Position numbers and translations under genes: made by a program. Under the pieces are notes generated by a model. It worked only from the letters and a program-made list of their open reading frames with translations. It made no database searches and was not told where the DNA came from. 14,982 bases of DNA from Methanomicrobiales archaeon (GTDB lineage: Archaea > Halobacteriota > Methanomicrobia > Methanomicrobiales > Methanospirillaceae): contig JBAXJR010000052.1 of NCBI GenBank assembly GCA_037137755.1, positions 1 to 14,982 of the forward strand, given 5' to 3'. Positions 7,772-14,982 of this stretch are shown here, piece by piece. Every line of letters begins with the position of its first letter. Within the stretch, counting starts at the first letter, position 1.

Positions 7772-8185
7772 CTATGGACTTAAAAATTTCATGACCGGCA
7801 CATTGAGATCTCCGAAATTCTGCGTATTGAGCATCTTCACGTGCGATCCTGTCACCCTCTCGTACGTGGTCGTATAAAGGTCCCGGAAGGTAATTCCGGG
7901 ATCTACCTGGACCGCGATCAGGACATCTTCGGTAAACGCATCTGACAGCCACTGTTTGATATCAGGATCGTAAACAGCCCCGAAGGACGGTTCAACGCTG
8001 TTGGCCTCGGTAAAATATAAAAGTCCCTTTGCGGTAATATTCTTCGCCAAACTCTCACCAAAGCAGGTATCCACGAAAAAAACTATCTGCCGGTATTTTC
8101 CTTCACTTGACATGGTGTTCGTGATGCGGGTGAATTCCCCGGCCTTGATGGATGAGTCCGGGAAGGGGAAAACGATATTCCCGGC
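7772..8185 (-). pseudogene. C13-family (legumain/asparaginyl endopeptidase-like) peptidase, 5'-truncated remnant
   Basis: The frame reads AGNIVFPFPDSSIKAGEFTRITNTMSSEGKYRQIVFFVDTCFGES...TEANSVEPSFGAVYDPDIKQWLSDAFT. This parallels legumain G.LVFP...KY.KMVFYIEAC.SGS...TAAN..ESSYA..YD....YL.D. The catalytic Cys (DTC) is kept, but the frame starts right after a TGA, just downstream of where the catalytic His (DHG) should be. Confidence 0.8.
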
Positions 8186-8440
8186 TCAGGGTCGTTGTGG
8201 ACTCATCCTTTAGGTTAGGCAGGGCCGGGTGTGGGGGTTAACGGTCAGCCGGGCCGATCAGGAGCATATATCCACTTCCGGTAGCGGATGCCGGTGCCGG
8301 TTTCTTGCCATGGGCGTTGCATCTGCGGCAATACATGGATTATCAAATGTGCCTGATTGAAAAAAGTCCGGATCTTTCCGGTCGTTTACTTTTAAAATAA
8401 GTTATACTGGTTTGCCCGGCGCATGGAGCGCCGTTCAGGT

Positions 8441-8620
8441 TTAATCGGCCCCTGCCCAGGGATTTGGTTTATTCATGGGCGCGTGAAGCACTGCTGCCTG
8501 AAGGGCAGGAAGATCCACGGCGAAATACCATGCGAGTGCGATGATGGTGCCGATTATTGCCAGTGCTATAACGAATATCACGAGGTTTTTCATTGCGTCG
8601 GATTGTTGAGTTTCGGACAT
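8441..8620 (-). CDS. 59-aa single-pass membrane micro-protein with LHAPMN motif (paralog 1)
   Basis: MSETQQSDAMKNLVIFVIALAIIGTIIALAWYFAVDLPALQAAVLHAPMNKPNPWAGAD*. AAGGT RBS-like sequence upstream. It shares DA.K.L.IF...L...GTIIA.AW.F.V..P......LHAPMN.P.P with 7360-7509. Confidence 0.82.
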   Translation of the reverse strand: MSETQQSDAMKNLVIFVIALAIIGTIIALAWYFAVDLPALQAAVLHAPMNKPNPWAGAD

Positions 8621-8879
8621 GGGATCATTACCTTACTGTCGTTTACTTTTGGAATAACTTATACATGTTTGAAGGTGCGTGGAACACTCCTCTGGAAGGA
8701 GTTCTTTGTCATTTTATTTTTTTAATTTATCTTAACCATGTTTATGGACAGGTGAAGCGCTACCTTGAGATCAGGAACAATGCGGTGTTTCTCTCCGGCA
8801 ATGGCCTGCTTGTGACCGGTCCTCCAACATGCCTTAAAAATTCGATTTTCGTGCAGGATGTCCATGGGTTCTTGAAAGT

Positions 8880-9005
8880 CTATGGAGGGGCGAGATCAAA
8901 GATTCCCCATGAACACAATCCCGGGTCTATGATGAGGCATAACGGGCCTGGGATGCGGAACGGATGAACTCCTCGGCATTAATGTTGCGTTTGATTGGCG
9001 AAGGA
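8880..9005 (+). repeat. Dispersed degenerate repeat, copy 4 (segment A fused directly to B)
   Basis: 8884-8967 matches copy 3 segment A at 90%. It continues as GAACTCCTCGGCATTAATGTTGCGTTTGATTGGCGAAGG, matching segment B of copies 1 and 2. Confidence 0.88.
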
Positions 9006-9210
9006 CTGGAATAAAACATAATAGCGAGCAGGATTTTTTCCTAACCATAGTAATTATCTGATTTATTTTATTTTCCTTGGGCAGGTCTGGGTTTTAACTT
9101 GTCTACGAGAACCGCGAGGGATTTCCGATAACAGGGAGTAGCGCTATGCCTGGGCCACCAACCGGATTAAATCCAAGGGCATATGAACTTGAATTGCTGA
9201 GTCAATTCAT

Positions 9211-9789
9211 ATGAGATCCATTATTCTGACATTAGCCATCCTGGCACTGGTCTTTGCAATGGCGGGGGCCGGGTGTACCACGACGAATCCCCCGGCCACC
9301 ACACCAACCGCACCATCCACTCAGTCTCCGACTGCCATCCCGACATCCACCGTGACGGTGAAGCCCACGGCAACCATGTCTGCCGATCAGCAGCGGGTGT
9401 TCGCGTTTGTCTCCGAGGGGGTCGTATACGGCCGTGAACACGGGAGGCAGGCGTCGCTCGCTGAATTCAATAACCCGAACGGCTCTTTCGTCCGGGGAGA
9501 CCTGTTTATATTCGCAGGTGATTACAACGGGACATCCCTCGCATCCATTGCCCTGCCCCAGCGGGTGAATACGTCTTTCAACAATGATGTCGATGTGACC
9601 GGCCAGTATTACATGCGCAACAAGGTCAACCTCTCACGGAGCGGCGGCGGGTTTATCATCATCTATTTCCCGAATCCAGCCCATAACTTCACACCAGAAC
9701 CGAAGCTCTGCTACGTGCACGATGTTGACGGGACCTATTGGATTGGGGCAGGCATGTATAACCAGTCAAATGTGACGGCCCGACTGTGA
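9211..9789 (+). CDS. Stand-alone single-Cache (sCache_2-like) domain lipoprotein
   Basis: Signal peptide ending AGAG-C, then a Thr/Pro-rich linker, then LAEFNNPNGSFVRGDLFIFAGDYNGT...DVTGQYY...GGGFIIIYFPNP...EPKLCYV...YWIGAGMY, a Cache-2-type fold. There is no cytoplasmic output domain. Confidence 0.85.
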   Translation: MRSIILTLAILALVFAMAGAGCTTTNPPATTPTAPSTQSPTAIPTSTVTVKPTATMSADQQRVFAFVSEGVVYGREHGRQASLAEFNNPNGSFVRGDLFIFAGDYNGTSLASIALPQRVNTSFNNDVDVTGQYYMRNKVNLSRSGGGFIIIYFPNPAHNFTPEPKLCYVHDVDGTYWIGAGMYNQSNVTARL

Positions 9790-9899
9790 GACCTCCCAGC
9801 TGATGCACCAAATGGACTCTGGAGACCTGGACGAATTGCCCGGGGGCAGGAAGACCGGCAGGTGTGGCCTTTGTGCCCGGCATGCCCCCTGCCTCATAA

Positions 9900-10130
9900 A
9901 TTCCATCAGCAGGACCGGCTATCCTGAACCTGATCGCCTGCGCCGGGCTCCTGTTGGTCACTAACCATTTCGAAACTCTGGCGACCATTTCAGTTATCGC
10001 CACGTTGATCCCGTACATTTTCCTCTGCCTCAGCTCGTGGGTATCCTTTACCGATACCAGGTCACGGATTGTCGCCGGCTTTGGCGCACTGTCTACAGCT
10101 GCTATTCTGGGCCTGTATTTTTTTGTATGA
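9900..10130 (+). pseudogene. C-terminal remnant of a polytopic membrane transporter, probably an APC-family amino-acid permease
   Basis: The startless frame AILNLIACAGLLLVTNHFETLATISVIATLIPYIFLCLSSWVSF...RIVAGFGALSTAAILGLYFFV* has three hydrophobic helices. F..LA.ISV...LIPY is typical of late APC TMs. An in-frame TAA lies at 9897-9899 immediately upstream. Confidence 0.6.
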
Positions 10131-10252
10131 TCTTGCTCATAAATTCTTTTTTGAAACAGCGTTCGGACTGGTAAACTATTTGAACAGGAGGATCGCTATA
10201 ACCCATAGCAAACAGGAAATTACGAACAGCAACATGGGGGACAGACACTATC

Positions 10253-12844
10253 ATGAATTTCAATAATTTTACCATCAAATCACAGGAAGCCGTAACGAAA
10301 GCAACGGAACTTGCAACGGCAAAAGAGAACCAGGCCATCGAGACTTCCCATATACTGAAGGGGATGCTGTTGGTAGATGAGAATGTCATACCATACCTGC
10401 TGAGAAAACTGAATGTAAATCTCGATGCTTTCACCGCAGAACTCGACAGCATCATCAGTTCATATCACCAGGTGAGCGGAGGGGAGCAGTACCTCTCAAA
10501 CGATGCCACAAAAGCCCTGCAGAGAGCCATCGCACTTTCCCAGGAATCAAAGGATGAATTTGTCTCCCTTGAGCATCTCCTCCTGGGAATTCTTTCGGTG
10601 AACGACCGTACCTCAAAACTGCTGAAGGAGAACGGGGTCACTGATAAAGACCTGAAAACTGCCATAAGCCAGTTGAGAAAAGGTGCTACAGTAAACAACC
10701 AGGACGCGGAAGAGACCTATAATGCCCTGAACAGGTTTGCCCGGAACCTGAATGATCTTGCCCGCACCGGAAAACTCGATCCGGTCATCGGTCGTAACGA
10801 AGAGATCCGCAGGGTGCTGCAGATCCTTTCACGAAGAACAAAAAACAACCCGATCCTCATCGGGGAGCCCGGCGTGGGAAAAACAGCCATTGCCGAAGGC
10901 CTCGCTCACCGGATCATCGACGGGGATGTACCGGAAAACCTGAAATCGAAACAGATCTATTCCCTCGATATGGGTGCCCTGATCGCCGGGGCAAAATTCA
11001 AGGGAGAATTTGAAGAACGGCTGAAAAGCGTGGTCAAGGAAGTGATCTCCGCCGAAGGGGAAATCATCCTTTTCATTGACGAGATTCACACCCTCGTCGG
11101 GGCCGGTGCCAGCGAGGGTGCAATGGACGCGGCCAATATTCTCAAACCTGCCCTTTCACGAGGGGAATTGCATGTTATCGGTGCAACGACCTTAAAAGAA
11201 TTCCAGAAATATTTTGAAAAGGACAAAGCGCTTGAGCGGCGTTTTCAGCCGGTGATGGTCAATGAACCCGATACCCTGGATGCCATCTCAATCCTTCGCG
11301 GAATCAAGGAGAAATACGAGACCCATCACCATGTACGAATCAAGGATGAGGCAATCATTGCCGCCGTTGAACTTTCGCAGCGATACATCTCCGACCGCTT
11401 CCTTCCCGACAAGGCAATTGACTTAATCGACGAGGCTGCATCAAAGCTCCGGCTCGAGATCAACTCGGTACCGGAAGAACTCGAAACGATAGAACGCAGG
11501 ATCCGCCAGCTGGAAATTGAACGGGAAGCCATTAAACGTGAAAAAGACCAGGGCAAATTGAAGGTCCTGAATGAAGAGATCGCGAACCTGACCGAGGAAC
11601 GAAACCGCCTGAAGGCAAAATGGCAGGCGGAGAAAGATATTGTTGAACAGATACAGTCACGTAACAACGAGATCGAGAAACTGAAATTCGACGCCGAAAG
11701 TGCCCTCCGTACCGGCGATCTGGGCAAGGTGGCAGAGATCCGGTATGGCCGTATCCCGGATATCGAGAAGGCCATGGAGGGATTGAAAGAAAACCTGACC
11801 ATGCTGCAAAAGGACTCCGCAATGGTGAACGAGGAGGTGGACGCAGAGGAGATCGCCGAAGTGGTCTCCCGCTGGACCGGCATTCCCGTGAGCCGGATGC
11901 TGCAAAGTGAAAAACAAAAACTGCTGGGGCTCGAAGCAGAACTACACAAGCGTGTCGTAGGCCAGGAGGAAGCCATCGGGGCAGTTTCCGATGCAATACG
12001 CCGGAGTCGTGCCGGGTTGCAGGACACGAAACGTCCGATCGGGTCGTTCATCTTCTTAGGGACGACCGGTGTGGGAAAGACTGAACTGGCAAAAGCCCTG
12101 GCTGAAATCCTTTTCAACAACGAGAACAGTATGGTGCGGATCGATATGTCGGAATACCAGGAACGGCATACCGTTTCGAGGCTGATCGGTGCGCCCCCGG
12201 GTTACGTGGGATACGAAGAAAGCGGGCAACTGACAGAAGCTGTACGGAGAAAGCCCTATTCCGTGGTATTACTGGATGAAATCGAAAAAGCCCACCCGGA
12301 TGTATTCAATATCCTGTTGCAGGTCCTTGACGATGGCCGTTTGACAGACAACAAAGGCCGTACTGTGGATTTCAAGAATACTATTATCATCATGACATCG
12401 AACATCGGGTCGCACATCATCCAGGAAAACCTGGAACATGTCACCGAAAAAAACCGGGAAGAGGTATTTGATAAAACCCGGGAACAGGTGTTTGACTTGC
12501 TTAAGAAGACCATCCGGCCCGAGTTCCTCAACCGGATTGATGAGATCGTCATGTTCAAACCGCTCACCAAAGATGAGATCCAAACGGTTGTCGAGCTTCA
12601 ACTGGGTATGGTCCAGAAAATGCTCGAGAAGAGTGATATCCGGCTAAGGGCAACAAAGAACGCCATCCAGTTAATTGCTAGCCTGGGCTTTGACCCGCAA
12701 TTCGGTGCAAGGCCGATCAAACGTGTGATCCAGAAAAACCTGCTGAATGAATTGTCAAAAATGATCCTGGAAGGAAACGTAAACAAAGACAAGGAAATCG
12801 TGGTTGACGAGAAAGAAGGAAAGCTGACATTCATGAATACCTGA
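10253..12844 (+). CDS. clpB: ATP-dependent disaggregase ClpB
   Basis: 863 aa with a Clp N-domain, NBD1 ([15 protein letters not shown]), a long coiled-coil middle domain, NBD2 ([12 protein letters not shown] pore loop, LLDEIEKAH) and GARPIKR. Confidence 0.97.
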   Translation: MNFNNFTIKSQEAVTKATELATAKENQAIETSHILKGMLLVDENVIPYLLRKLNVNLDAFTAELDSIISSYHQVSGGEQYLSNDATKALQRAIALSQESKDEFVSLEHLLLGILSVNDRTSKLLKENGVTDKDLKTAISQLRKGATVNNQDAEETYNALNRFARNLNDLARTGKLDPVIGRNEEIRRVLQILSRRTKNNPILIGEPGVGKTAIAEGLAHRIIDGDVPENLKSKQIYSLDMGALIAGAKFKGEFEERLKSVVKEVISAEGEIILFIDEIHTLVGAGASEGAMDAANILKPALSRGELHVIGATTLKEFQKYFEKDKALERRFQPVMVNEPDTLDAISILRGIKEKYETHHHVRIKDEAIIAAVELSQRYISDRFLPDKAIDLIDEAASKLRLEINSVPEELETIERRIRQLEIEREAIKREKDQGKLKVLNEEIANLTEERNRLKAKWQAEKDIVEQIQSRNNEIEKLKFDAESALRTGDLGKVAEIRYGRIPDIEKAMEGLKENLTMLQKDSAMVNEEVDAEEIAEVVSRWTGIPVSRMLQSEKQKLLGLEAELHKRVVGQEEAIGAVSDAIRRSRAGLQDTKRPIGSFIFLGTTGVGKTELAKALAEILFNNENSMVRIDMSEYQERHTVSRLIGAPPGYVGYEESGQLTEAVRRKPYSVVLLDEIEKAHPDVFNILLQVLDDGRLTDNKGRTVDFKNTIIIMTSNIGSHIIQENLEHVTEKNREEVFDKTREQVFDLLKKTIRPEFLNRIDEIVMFKPLTKDEIQTVVELQLGMVQKMLEKSDIRLRATKNAIQLIASLGFDPQFGARPIKRVIQKNLLNELSKMILEGNVNKDKEIVVDEKEGKLTFMNT

Positions 12845-12924
12845 TCCCGGACCTTAAGGATTTAATAGTACTCCACCCTCGCAAAAGGAAAAAGGTTTGC
12901 GATTAACCAAAAAAATTATAGAAA

Positions 12925-14139
12925 TTAAATTTTTGGGGCTATCATCGAAATGTACGATCGTGATACCTGAGCCTGGTTCGTACCCGATTTATTCTTTAAG
13001 AGATATTCAATCAGATCCTGGCCGTGTTTAAGGATAAATGACTGGATCTCATCTTCGTTTGCCGGAGCTTCTGTTGAAAGTGACTCCCCGCACACCCCGC
13101 AATAATCTGGAACCGGGGGCATAATCATGTGACAATTCGGGCAGATTTTTGGCTCTAAGACAGACTTACTTTCCTCATCATCGGCATCTTCAAGGCCATA
13201 GAAACGCCGCATTTCTATATCGATCTCTGTCCCGGTGAGGTGAGCATAGGTCCTGAGCATATTCGAATTAACAGAGCCCCACAAGATCAACTTGATGACA
13301 CTCTCTGACACCCCTTCGCCGACCATATGGGTAATTCGGGAATGAAGGAATAGGTGGGGGGTAATGTGCTTACTGATCCCTGCCCGGGTTGCTAGGCGTT
13401 GGATTTGCCGTATTGCCGCCGGATTTGTAAGACGTGTGCCCCGGTGTTTTACAAACACGGGTGAATCCCCTTCCGGGAAACCAGGATAATCCGCTCTCCA
13501 CTGAGTGATGTACTCTTTCAATGCGATGATGGGGATGTATCTCGGGATATTCGTCTTGAATTTTACGTTCACAACGAGACCCGTTTTGTTGAAGGTGATA
13601 TCGCCCCATTTCATCTGCCCGACTTCACCGATCCGCATCTCACCCTCATAGATCATGGTGATGATTGTTCGGTCGTAACTCCGGTTGCAGGTCGCGATAA
13701 GCAACTTCACCTCTTCCTGGGTGAGAAGGGAGGCCGCAGTCTTTGTCATCGGATTGGCATTGGGAATCTTGATCCGCCGGATTTTCTTTTCGGGCAACTG
13801 GGCATACTCATTTTCGATGAGCCAGTTGAGAAATTGTTTCAGGATAAGGATCCAGTCATGACGGGTGTTCTGCATGAACGGGGTCCCTTTGGAGTTCAGA
13901 CCATTGTTCCTCGCCTCGATGCCGGCATACACATCCCCGATGGTGAGCTCAGGATATGACGACATGAAACGACGCCACCCAATAAGGGTGTACGTGATCT
14001 TGTTTGTCCGTGACAGGCTGATACCTGCGGCAGCTCTTCTCTCATTTACGAACTCATTTATGAGAGAAATGTCTTTCTTCGTTGCAACTCCTTTAGAGAG
14101 CGCCTTTTCGACAGAGCGGCCCATATAGGCCGTTTTCAT
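12925..14139 (-). CDS. Tyrosine recombinase/integrase with C-terminal Zn ribbon; probably catalytically dead
   Basis: YEGEMRIGEV (first catalytic R), FKT (K), HITPHLFLHSR (HxxR Arg replaced by Leu, CTT at 13345-13347), LWG and RTYAHL (Tyr), followed by CPNC...CGVC. The true start is uncertain because the frame stays open ~110 nt further upstream without a start codon. Confidence 0.9.
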   Translation of the reverse strand: MKTAYMGRSVEKALSKGVATKKDISLINEFVNERRAAAGISLSRTNKITYTLIGWRRFMSSYPELTIGDVYAGIEARNNGLNSKGTPFMQNTRHDWILILKQFLNWLIENEYAQLPEKKIRRIKIPNANPMTKTAASLLTQEEVKLLIATCNRSYDRTIITMIYEGEMRIGEVGQMKWGDITFNKTGLVVNVKFKTNIPRYIPIIALKEYITQWRADYPGFPEGDSPVFVKHRGTRLTNPAAIRQIQRLATRAGISKHITPHLFLHSRITHMVGEGVSESVIKLILWGSVNSNMLRTYAHLTGTEIDIEMRRFYGLEDADDEESKSVLEPKICPNCHMIMPPVPDYCGVCGESLSTEAPANEDEIQSFILKHGQDLIEYLLKNKSGTNQAQVSRSYISMIAPKI

Positions 14140-14261
14140 ACAGGAAAACGGTACGTTTGCACTGACATTTGTGGAAGATGTAACAAGAAAAGGTCTGATA
14201 GGTACTACAAGAACTTTTTGTTGGGGCTTTGAACATGGTGTTCTTAAGCCTCAGCCGGGCT

Positions 14262-14280
14262 TTTACATACTGTGTGTAAA
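14262..14280. promoter_or_regulatory. Inverted repeat TTTACA-N7-TGTAAA between the divergent integrases (candidate binding/crossover site)
   Basis: TTTACA (14262-14267) tactgtg TGTAAA (14275-14280), loosely flanked by GGGC/GCCC. A TATA-like TTTATA (14292-14297) is adjacent. Confidence 0.4.
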
Positions 14281-14317
14281 TCAGCCCCCTATTTATAGAT
14301 CCACGCTGATTTAGTGC

Positions 14318-14982
14318 ATGGCTCCCCGAAAAACTGTATTAAAAACGTCCACTTCTGTTACAGGATTTCATTCCATTCGGTCTGATCGGAATAAAAGGGT
14401 GCTCGAGAAGGCGTTGGCTGATAACAGGATCACCGGGGAGGATGCCACCCTGATCAAGGCCTTCGTTTCAGAGCTTGAGTCGGTCCATAATATCGGCACC
14501 CTGCGTGCAATCAAGATTGTATCAACCCTTGTTGGTATCCGGCGATTTATCGGGCCATTCGCAGAACTTACCATCACGGATGTATATGCAGGAATAACCG
14601 AGTTAAAAACGGCGACCAATAAGCATGGGAAACCTTTCAAAAAGAACAGCATCTACGATTTTGTGCGAGTCCTTAAACCATTCTGTCTTTGGATGATTGA
14701 GAATAATCACTCTTCATTACCCGAGAAAAAGGTACTGAAACTTCAGGTCCCAAGCCGGGATCCCATGACCAAGGTTGCCTCAGATCTCCTTACGGTCGAT
14801 GAGATTAATACAATGATCAAGGCCTGCTGCAGAACGGTCGATCGGGCACTTATCATGACTTTGTACGAGGGAGGGTTTAGGATAGGTGAGATCGGGATGC
14901 TGAAATGGAGTGATCTCGTTTTCGATGTCCGTGGTGTGGTGGCGAATGTCCGTTTTAAAACGGAAAAGCCACGATATGTCCG
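14318..14982 (+). CDS. Second tyrosine recombinase/integrase, paralog of 12925-14139; 3'-partial
   Basis: Manual translation from ATG 14318 gives MAPRKTVLKTSTSVTGFHSIR...LEKAL...TLVGIRRF...ELTITDVYAGI...GKPF...LPEKK...PMTKVASDLLT.DEI...DRALIMTLYEGGFRIGEIGMLKWSDL...NVRFKTEKPRYV. It is open to the window end and collinear with the minus-strand integrase. Missing from the ORF track because no stop codon falls in the window. Confidence 0.92.
   Translation, partial: MAPRKTVLKTSTSVTGFHSIRSDRNKRVLEKALADNRITGEDATLIKAFVSELESVHNIGTLRAIKIVSTLVGIRRFIGPFAELTITDVYAGITELKTATNKHGKPFKKNSIYDFVRVLKPFCLWMIENNHSSLPEKKVLKLQVPSRDPMTKVASDLLTVDEINTMIKACCRTVDRALIMTLYEGGFRIGEIGMLKWSDLVFDVRGVVANVRFKTEKPRYV

Noticed and set aside
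8423-8967. Plus-strand ORFs 8423-8725 and 8593-8967
   Set aside because: They are antisense to the supported 59-aa micro-protein and run through AT-rich promoter DNA and repeat copy 4, with no recognisable features.
4635-9005. CRISPR array or canonical integron attC sites
   Set aside because: The repeats are long, degenerate and kb-spaced, and no cas genes are present. I could not identify RYYYAAC...GTTRRRY attC ends, and the integrases do not look like IntI.
9689-10018. Minus-strand 109-aa ORF
   Set aside because: It overlaps the Cache gene and is antisense to the better-supported permease remnant.
10465-12834. Antisense and alternate-frame ORFs within clpB (e.g. 11326-12120), and similar ORFs inside hpdBCA and the integrases
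   Set aside because: These are shadow ORFs produced by the codon bias of the real genes.

Overview
Accessory region that looks like a Methanomicrobiales-type methanogenic archaeon (Methanoregula-like). The host call is an inference from archaeal-type lipoproteins, a stand-alone Cache lipoprotein, Zn-ribbon integrases, TATA-like boxes and GGTGA/GAGGT ribosome-binding sites. From left to right: the 3' end of an MFS transporter; an intact hpdB-hpdC-hpdA operon (glycyl-radical 4-hydroxyphenylacetate decarboxylase, p-cresol forming) on the minus strand, with the active-site residues conserved; and a ~5.5 kb patchwork (4.6-10.1 kb) punctuated by four same-orientation copies of a degenerate non-coding repeat. 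The patchwork holds a decaying hicB-hicA-hicB toxin-antitoxin locus, two lipoproteins, a DUF3566-like membrane protein and an APC-permease remnant. It also holds two paralogous 49/59-aa membrane micro-proteins absent from the ORF track; both carry the motif LHAPMN and they flank a truncated C13 (legumain-like, Asn-specific) peptidase. The window ends with a Bacteroidota-like clpB and a head-to-head pair of paralogous tyrosine recombinases, one of which has lost its catalytic HxxR arginine.
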